Below, in pieces: positions 55,200 through 64,000 of a DNA stretch of 64,000 nt. Both the position numbers and the translations under genes were made by a program. The notes beneath the pieces were generated by a model. It was not told the origin of the DNA. It ran no database searches and was given only the letters and a program-made list of their open reading frames with translations. Source of the DNA: the human T2T-CHM13v2.0 reference genome, Homo sapiens. Numbering within the stretch: position 1 is the stretch's first letter; each line of letters begins with the position of its first letter. Location of the stretch: assembly GCF_009914755.1 (NCBI RefSeq), contig NC_060925.1. One strand, 5' to 3'.

Positions 55200-55550
55200 C
55201 CCCAGCACGTTGGAGGGGCGGGCTGATTGAGGCTGCAGTGCCTGCAGGCAGGGTGCCCACCTCCATCAGCCACGCCAGCCGAAGGGGCATCCTGCAGCTC
55301 CTCTGTCAGAGGGATTCCTGCCGGAGCACCTCCTGGCAGAGAGCATGAGGCCCGGCCAATTCAATGTGGCCTCGCTGCCCCAGCCCAGCCGGGACACTCC
55401 CCAGGACCCAATTAGCAGATTGGAAATCGCATCCAAGTATGTTACAATCACCAAGTTAAAGAGGAATAACAGACATGAAAGAATCAAGTGGGAAAAGAAC
55501 ATTTTGGATCCCGAAAGAGCAGGCTGCTTGTCGGAGTTCTAACGAACCGA
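55200..55550. promoter_or_regulatory. Candidate promoter/enhancer (GC-rich, CpG-retaining)
   Basis: GC box GGGGCGGG near 55215, CCAAT/ATTGG motifs near 55356, 55408 and 55419, about a dozen CpGs in 350 bp of non-repeat DNA. Confidence 0.45.
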
Positions 55551-56214
55551 AACAAAATAAGTAGTAGCTCCTTAAGCCTCTTTTCTAACACTGCTGGGAT
55601 TGGTTAGTGTAGAGAAAAGCATTGAAATTGCAAAAGAAAAAAATGCTTATTGTTCCTATGTTCAATTTGTTATTTAATATAACTTGTTTTTTAGGAATTT
55701 AATAAAAAAAAAGGGAGGGCATCATTAATTTTACATTCTGCAAGAAAATGAAAAATGATCTGCTGATTAGTGATGTGCAATTTGTTCCTTGAACATCTCC
55801 AGTAATGTGTGAATGTCACATTACATAACACTTATAATGATTAAACCAGAAGATGAAATAAGATAGGATAGATCTTGTGTTCTTTCCTTGACTGGTGGAC
55901 AACTCATCTCATTAATCTCTCTTTGGCTTGCAGCCTTAAATTGAATAAGCCGTGTTACTGGGGGAGATTTATGGCCAAAAGACTTAGCAGCCTCACTGAG
56001 GAAATCTTATAGCACCATTTTGAGAGCTCTCCAAGATAATTCTTGGGATTTGTATTAATTGTAGCTTGTCATAAAACATTGCCCAAACCAGAAATGAGCA
56101 ATGAACCTTCTCAGGAACTTAATATTACAGCAACATTGAAAATATGCACTTCTTGATGTTCCATCTCATGAGATGTTAAAACATTCTGAGTCCCAATTTA
56201 AAATTATTATATTA

Positions 56215-56282
56215 GAAATGGTAGCTTCAGTAGAGTGGGAAATGATAGCTTCAGTAGAGTGGGAAATGATACACTGATACAC
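56215..56282. repeat. 24-bp tandem duplication (about 2.4 copies) plus an 8-bp duplication
   Basis: gaaatg(g/a)tagcttcagtagagtgg x2, then gaaatgata; tgatacac x2. Confidence 0.9.
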
Positions 56283-56564
56283 CTGGGCACTGAGGAATGT
56301 TTGTAGAAAACCAGTGGGCTTTCAATATCACAAGGGCAGTCCTTCGCAGAGCAGTGAGCAGGATGTCCCTATGAAATGTTTGTAGAAAGAATGAACCAAC
56401 TGGTAACCATGAGTCCTCTTTTTAAAATATAAGTTCTCTTTGTGGTTGAATTTCTGACACTTGGTGTATAAGTACCAGTAAGTAAGATTGGCTTACTTGT
56501 TGCAATTTTTAAAGGAAGTGCCTTGCCACAGCCAGAACCAGTGGCCTGGAACTAAAGTTGAAAA

Positions 56565-57260
56565 GAGGTTAGATTTAATAAGTCATCCAATATATACAAG
56601 ATTTCCCTTTAGCAGTCATCAGTAAGCCTTGCTTGATGACTTATTCCATTTGGGGTGTTCACTTCCTCTCACCGTAGCATGTTTATTACTGGACTCTGGG
56701 CTCCTTGAATGCGATTCTGTGCCCTTTTCTGTAGCCCCACATGTCAGTTATGCACAGGACACACTAAATGCTCAACAAACACTTTCTGATATATAAAACC
56801 AAAATTATTGTTTATATGAAGTCAAAATCTACCTCCTTGAACTTCCATTTGGTGGACCTAGTTCTATCTTCTGCACAAAAATAAACATGTCAACTCCCTC
56901 TTCCCTGTGAGTATTTTGAGGCTTAATCACTCCTCAAGTCTTCTCTGTGCCAGATTAATCCCTAGTTCCCTAAATTAATTATTTTCTTAAGCTGCCATGT
57001 CAATCATTTTGTGCTTCCTGGTCAACTAAAACCTCAGGTTTTTCTTAAGTAATATAAAGGAAACATTTCCCCTCATCTTTTATTGGAGTCATGTTTTCCT
57101 TTTAATCTTTTTAACTGAATCCTACTTACCATTTTCAATTTTAATGATACTGCTTAACCAATCTTTCTACCTTACTGAGAGTTTTTCAAATGCTGATTTT
57201 GCCAATAATGCTGTTACCATGGTGTTGTATCTTTTGCAGATTTGATCAACAGTACTGGCA
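56565..57260 (-). mobile_element. L3/CR1 LINE fragments
   Basis: aaaatctacctccttgaacttccatttggtggacctagttctatc...aagtcttctctgtgccagattaatccctagttcc; gtgttgtatcttttgcagatttgatcaac. Confidence 0.6.
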
Positions 57261-57404
57261 TCAGAAAAACACAGATGCTTTGGTAGGTGTCATCAGGGTC
57301 CTCATCTCTCCCTATGCTGGCATTGATCTATCACCTTATGTGATCTTTAGCCCCATACAAATTCTCATATGGCATTAGAAGTAACTTTAGAAAATATTAA
57401 ATCC

Positions 57405-57552
57405 ATTTGTCCTCTCTATTGATACTATACATGAGGAAACTGAGTCCCAAAGAGCCCATGGCCACATTACTGGTTAATAGAAACACTCATATTAGAACTA
57501 AGGTCCAAGTGACACCAAAGGCAGGTGTCCTTTCCTGTTTATCATAGCTGCC
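57405..57552 (-). mobile_element. MIR fragment
   Basis: acatgaggaaactgagtcccaaagagcccatggccaca...attagaactaaggtc. Confidence 0.6.
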
Positions 57553-59505
57553 AGTCTTTATATTATTCACAAGGTCAATGCAAGAAACATTTAAACATCT
57601 CGTTGGAATCCCAACATATTGTGATAGGTTTCCTATTACGTGAGGGTTATGTACCACTGTCAATTAGAAGATAAAGCAAAGTGGTGGCCTTTTTTATCTC
57701 TTATTCTAAGATCTTCAGTAAAATTCCTTCTGTTTCTAAATATAAAGCTTTAAAACAGGCTATATTGATGTTGCGAAAGAACTGGTACATTATAAGTAGA
57801 AGTGTGTGTGTATGTGTGTGAGGGAGGGGTATACACATATGCACGTGCTTTATATCATAATTAAAGAGTGGAAGAAACAGGATTCTTTACTGGTCAATGA
57901 AAACTTTTCAGAGGAAGGCAAACTGGTCATTTATACAAAACCGTTTGTGGAGCATGTAGACTTCCTTTGCACTCACTAAGAAAGCACTCTTTTTAACGAG
58001 GGACTATACATTTGTTCAATGAAAAGAAAATAGCTCTTTGTACCTTGCTAACGGAATTGCTAACTATTCTTCAGATAGGAGTCTCATTGTTCCCACTATT
58101 CAGTATTTAAATACACATAATGTCATGTCTTTACTGCCATTAGTCAGTATTTTCAAAGAGCTCTTTTTATTAAATTTCTGAAACCCAGGACCAAAGAACA
58201 CTTTCTCTTAGGTATATATTATTTGTTAGAATGGAAACAATCAATACATTTTCAGAGTCAAAAAGCACTGGGAAACAGTTTCTTTTTTGGTCTGAGCATA
58301 TTTTTTATTAAAAAAAAAACCTTTGAAATATTTTGTTTTATCAGAATTGTTTGTAGGGAAAATGTAAACCTCACTATTGTTTAACTGCAGTCCAAAGAGG
58401 ACTATCATATTGCACTTCTAATCAAAAAATAAATTGAACATAGTGGTAGGCTTACAGAAAGAGAGAGAATTAGATTTGATTAGATTAGCTTTAACCTGCC
58501 CGGAATAAAACTGTCTGCCTTTCCTGTTATTTGTCAGTGTTTATAGCGGGTTTCATCTACAATGCTTTCACTATTATTTCTGGGCGGTAAAAGGCAGTCA
58601 AGCAGAAAAGACACTCATAAATGTCAGAAAAGAGTAAGTTTTTTTTTGCATTTCAAGGGCTTTGAAGGTCAAGTTCAACCCACTTAACGGAAGCAGAGTG
58701 ATGGGTATGTGGTAGCATGTTGTTAGCTGCTGCGTTTAGGCATATAATTTATGTGAAGTTAATGCACTTGTCCATCACTCTAAGAAAGCAAAAGGTCCTG
58801 GGAAGATTCTATTTATTTTATTCATTTTGTTCAACTTTTAGAAGGTAAAATAATTCAAATTTCCATAATTTGTGATGGAAAAGTCACATGTTTAACTTGT
58901 TAACAGCTGAGCAGGGTAGAGCACTGTAATACTTCCCTGACTCTTCCTGTTGTAATTTGTTTCTTCTTCTGAGCAGCTGCCCCACTCCATGCTGGGCAAA
59001 GGAAGAGCTCTGTTAAGCATTTTTGCAAACCAGTGGGCATTTTTTTTTTCCTCTGGAAGCCTTTATTGAGATGTTTTCTTTTTCTTTTTCTCTATGAGGC
59101 TTTATTTTTTCCCACCAGGGAGCCTGAGCAATTATAGTTTAAAGCTACCGAAGATAGGTATGTTCTTTGATATCAAAGAGCTTCTTGAAGATTTTTCAAA
59201 CTAAAGAGACCCAAAGGTTGTATTTTAAGGTGTTACTAGCATGGCCCTTTGTAGTTGAAAACTCTCAGAATGTCTACCAAGTGTATTATGCTTTGTTTGG
59301 AAATGTTGGACCTCGGTACTATTGCATTTGGTAAAAGGCAGGGTGTTAGAATCTGTGTGTATGTGTGTTCCTACTGCTGCTCAGTGGAGTCTCTGTAGTT
59401 GCAAATTGTTTCCCTAGTGATGTAGGATGACTAGAGAGAGAATAGGGAGTAAGGAATAAAATCGACATTTATTGAGCACTCACTATGTGCTAGAGGCATA
59501 ATGTA

Positions 59506-60000
59506 TGTAGGGGATAGAAAATCTTATCTCTATTCTTTTGGTTTTGTTCCCACCTTGAATTGAATTGACATAGACAGATCAATGGGAGAAAAATGTATTT
59601 AATACAAATTTTAGGTGGCACAGGATCCTTCATGAGGAAATGAAGACCCAAAGACACAGTTATTGTTGAAGACTTACATACTGAACTGGAAAAGGAATAG
59701 TGAGCTGTGAAAAAGAAAATAATTATGTGGAGAGACTAGAAGATAAGACTTATTTTAACAAGGTTAGTACAGAATTTTCTTAGTCTCAGCTTCCTGTCCG
59801 TGATGATAAGAATGTTGCTTTCTTTCTACTATAGGGAGGGATCTTTCACATGAAATCCATAGGGGAATTTCACCTCCTGCTTTTGGGAAACAGATGGAGG
59901 GTCGGAGTGATCTTGCACCTCCTATTTTTTAAGTGCTTTTAGCTCAAAATAATTATGCCAAAGTAGCATATGTGGGGGTGGTGTGTTCTGAACGTTTTTA
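59506..60000 (-). mobile_element. MER34/MER39-group ERV1 solo LTR inserted into a MIR
   Basis: ttagctcaaaataattatgccaaagtagcatatgtgggggtggtgtgttctga is the reverse complement of the MER34-group 5' end. TSD tgta/tgca. MIR halves lie at 59466-59505 and 60001-60110. Confidence 0.78.
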
Positions 60001-60591
60001 TGCATCTTATTTCTTTCAATCCTCATTTACTCTGAGAAATGGCAGGTTACTATCCTCATGTTCCTGATTAGAGAATCAGAAAGGGAAAGTTTACTTGCCT
60101 TTGAGTCAAAACTGGTTTCTTTAACATCCATGGTTGCCTCACTAGAATAGTCTCCAGAGGGGAGGAAGTGGAGGAAAAAGAATGAAAACTAGGAAAGCAA
60201 AGCAAACTTCTTGGGAAGTGTGTGTGTCTGTGTGAAAATACATTTTTGTGCAATGAAATGGTTTGAGTACTGTAGCTCTGAGTTCTTTCGTAGCTTTGAG
60301 AACTTTTACCACTAAATGGTAGAAATTCAGTTGTTCTCTTTTCTTTCTAAGGAAATGTCTTTGGGTCACCCCATTGAGGTGCTAACTTGCTGCCTCTTTC
60401 CTGGACTTCTTTTCTCCCATCGACCCTTCTCTTCTTCTATTCGTCAATTCTCAATCTGCAAATTCCTGTTGCCTTTCATATGTAGAAAATTCAATTCTCT
60501 CTTTGTTTTTACTGTCCATTTCCAGACCATGCTTTATCTTAGAAACCCCAAATGTCCATAGCAGTGTTTTACTAAACGATGAACCATGAAT

Positions 60592-60720
60592 GTGTATTTA
60601 ACCAATGAGTGTTGAGTGCCACCTGTATATCAGATATTATACTGGGATGACATAGTGGCAACCAAAACAGACACAGTTCCAGCCCTTGTAGAATTTCAAC
60701 TCTGATGAGAAAGAAAGGCA
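60592..60720 (-). mobile_element. L2 3' end
   Basis: gtgttgagtgccacctgtatatcaga...aaaacagacacagttccagcccttgtagaattt. Confidence 0.65.
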
Positions 60721-61269
60721 TTGTGTTATTTTATAATAAATATATTCTAGTTTTTCCCCTTTATACTTTCTGCTGCCATCAACTTTATTATTTTGGGAGA
60801 AAAGATTAAATTTCAACCCTATATCTTGTATGGTGCAGTTGCCCCATAAATGTGTGTTGATTGGTGAAAAACATCAAATCTCTTTAGCCCTCATATTTTC
60901 TTGTCACAAAAGTATTACTAATATTTTGTATTAAATGGTCATTGAAGAAAATCATCATGTGTAGTTGAGCATCAGCATTGGTCAGCATCTGTATAGAACT
61001 TGAAAGCCTATAAAGGGAGGACTTTTATGGACTTTATCAGAAGCAAGCTTCATAAATCTGTGGAGAAGGGGCTCTTCTCTCCATTTTGCAGTTGAGAAAT
61101 CAGTAGATAGGAACTAATTTGTCCAAGGTGGAGATGAGAATCTCATCTCTCCTGTCTCTAAATCATCTTTTCTTTTGACTATATTGTCTCTTGACAATAA
61201 TTTAAAAGTATCTCAATATCCACAGCAATAATTATTTTTTGCCTGAAAATTACAGGAGCAGATTATTTC

Positions 61270-62115
61270 ATTCATTTAATGTATTGATTCACCAACATCT
61301 CTTGCACATCTAATATGTGCCAAATAATAAGTTTCCAGAGCCAGGGGTATGTTGTCCTTTTCCTTAAGGCATTGTATTCTAACTTATTGGGGTAGACAGA
61401 AATATGACTAAATAAATACAGGATCCTTATTTAGGATATAGAAGGACACATGACATAAGTATAGAATAAGATATCCTTGTGGTATAATGGAAAGATCATT
61501 AGCTTTTTAGGTGCGCCTGGTTTGAATCTTGACATCACCAGTTACTAGCTGTTAATTTGAGCAAATCATTCATCTTTTTAATGAACAGTTGTCTCAACTA
61601 TGAAGTGGGGGATAAAGGTATTTACATACATTGTAGTTGTAAAGATCAGAGGTGATATGTGTACGAGACCTAGCATGATTTCAGAAACATAGTAGATGCT
61701 CAATTAATGGTACTGCAATTTTATCATGTCTATTATACAGATATATAATTTGTACTGTATCTGTTTGTTTTTTACCTACATATCTAAATTTTCTTCTCTA
61801 TCTATCTGTCTATTCCTCAAGAATCAAGAGACTAACTTCCCGAAGAGACAGAAGAACAGCTAGGAGAAGTATCAGAGAAGTAAAGTTTCTAGGGTTGTAC
61901 AAAAACTTAAGTTTTGTACAGAAAAAAAAACTATACTAATATATGTGGCAATTGAAAAGTATGGAATTTATCAAGAACCACAAAAAGCTTACCATGGTTA
62001 AAGTATAGGGTACAAGTTTGGGAGGCTGAGAGATGAGGCTGGAGGAACAGTCAGAGGTCAGATTATGAAGGGGCTTTTATAACATGTTAAGACACTTGGA
62101 CTTTATCTTGCCATA
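61270..62115 (-). mobile_element. L2 fragment interrupted by a plus-strand MIR (61478-61720)
   Basis: ttcattcatttaatg...; gagagatgaggctggagg...gaggtcagattatgaaggggc...ttggactttatc. MIR: ggtataatggaaaga...cctggtttgaatcttgac...catagtagatgctcaat. Confidence 0.65.
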
Positions 62116-64000
62116 TAGACAACTCCCTCTCACCTAAGTAGGAAATGACAAGCTGGCAATTAAAGTGCTTCAAATAACGTATCTTAGTATGTGGAATCCT
62201 TAATTGTGTAGAAAGAGGAGAAAATCTATCTAAAAACTTACCCAAGAAACCAACACATGGTATATACTGAACAAGAATCCTTACGATTGATGGGCAAAGG
62301 AGAGGTGAGATTTCTAGTGAAATATAAAATTAGAAAGTATCATAAACCAAATCCCAGAAGCAGCATGCAGGGCTGAAATGTTATAGGCCAAAGCACCCTC
62401 GGGCAAATTTTGTCCATTACATGGTAAGTTCTAAAGCAGCAGGGACAAGGCTCAGAGTAACTAAACCCGGATGGAACACCTGCAGTTTTTCCCTGAACGT
62501 CAGCATAAATATTTGACATGTCTTCCTTTCTGTGAAGGGGCCCTGTCCCAGTGGGAGTGGTGTCTGGTATCCCTTAGCAGAAGTATTTGTTTTCTTAAGC
62601 TTTTCTTTATGTCCTAGAGGTGGATTCTAAAAGTCCCTAACGTATTTTGATTTTGAATTTTCACAAAAGTATTTTTTTCTTTCACAGTAATTCAGTATAA
62701 AAGGCAATAAAAGTGATGTATCCAGAAATATTCAGGACCTGCTATCAGCACCACATGGGAATAAACTATCTTGCCACTTGCACATCCCATGGGAAAAAAG
62801 AATCACAATCCACATATAGGAAATATTGCATGTGTTTGCCTCCGTTTTGCTTGTATTGTCTGCTCTGCTGAAAGGCAGATTTTTTGCAGATAAAAGCTGC
62901 CCTGCGTTGGTGAACTGCTCACCTATTTTACTCAGGAAGAAAAGGCTTTGTGAAAATCAGGAGCAAAGCCTGATTTGCAGAATACCATCTAAAAATAAAA
63001 TGCATAAAAATGTCAAAATATGCTAAGAATACAGGGCCACCTTCATGCTTTGAAAAATTACCTAGCAAATTCAGCAAATGCTGTTTTTAAGTGAATGTAA
63101 ATTATGTGTTTTCGAAGTTTCATCTTGTGAATTGGTGGCTAGGTGCTGAAGGAGACATGAGGGTGTGGAGGCGGCCTTTCTCTTCTTGCTGCACTAGGGC
63201 AATAGATCTGTGGTTAAAGCAGATGAACTGGGAAGCTCTTGATCAGGCGTACGAAATACCCAGATTCTTGTATATTTTCTAGTTTGTGTGCACAAGGCTT
63301 CTGGCTTGGCTGCTTTTGCCAGTGGGGAAGCATTAGTGAACAAAACAGATACAGCTTCCAGTTTTCAAGAGCTCACAGTCTAGCAAGTCACTGCAACTTT
63401 AAAAAGGGGATGTACATGTGTGGTTTAAAGTATGGTGGGTAAAGCCTTTAGGGGTTGTAAAAGTTCAGTCACTGGGGCCTAATTCTGCAAAAGAGAAATT
63501 CTTCCCAAAGCTGGGATACATTGAGTGTCTTGGGCACCAGAGCAGAAGTTTTAGTTAAAATATTAAGATCCAGCACAAAGTTACCTCCCACCAGTTGAAT
63601 CTGTTTTTGAAATTTGGAAAAATGGCCTCTGTTTCTCCACAACTATGTATTGGTAATTCTTCCCTGGGGACTAACTTCATATATATATTTTCACAATAAT
63701 GCATACTGAATAAATCTGAATATTTTGCTTATGGAATCAACAAATAATCTCCAGAGAAAGTTTCATTATGCAGTCATATATAAGATATGAAACAGATTTT
63801 TTCCCTTTATTTTAAGAAATATGCATAGCATAAAAATTCTCAGGCTCTCTTTGCTTTATGTAGCACCATTTCTGATAAGATACCAGGTTTCAACAAACTG
63901 GCTCAGTGGACATTTAAAATTCCCATTGTGAGTGCCAGGGCTTAGTGGAAGATGTTTGACCATGTGCGCTAACCTATCAGTGTTCATCTACATATTGGGA

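Noticed and set aside
62744-62762. REST/RE1-like tcagcaccac
   Set aside because: Left half only; the GGACAG right half is missing.

Overview
Primate (human-like) nuclear DNA, AT-rich and CpG-depleted, with no recognisable protein-coding gene, structural RNA gene, CRISPR array or prokaryotic system. A large share of the window is interspersed repeat. This includes one 5'-complete but dead L1PA7/8-type LINE-1 (6380-12219, minus strand, 17-bp TSD, about 0.6-kb ORF1 deletion), six Alus, several solo LTRs with TSDs (two MST, MER31, MER34-group), hAT MITEs (MER33, MER102, MER5B, MER103C, ORSL) and many old MIR, L2, L3 and L1M fragments. The only ORFs with recognisable homology are broken L1 ORF1/ORF2 pieces. 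L1s and LTRs are strongly biased to the minus strand, which suggests an intron of a long plus-strand gene that I cannot name from sequence alone. The main structures not explained by repeat annotation are: an ~310-bp direct duplication of apparently unique sequence (50128-50439 / 52040-52360); an ~200-bp-arm inverted duplication around a compound (TA)n(CA)n microsatellite (41270-41831); a 38-bp dispersed duplication (33576 / 34545); two CpG-retaining promoter/enhancer-like patches (43.4-43.7 kb and 55.2-55.55 kb); TALE-HOX and nuclear-receptor motif clusters; and a few candidate cryptic or non-coding exons. I found no convincing new biological system. Repeat subfamily names come from recalled consensus sequences, and boundaries without a TSD are approximate.
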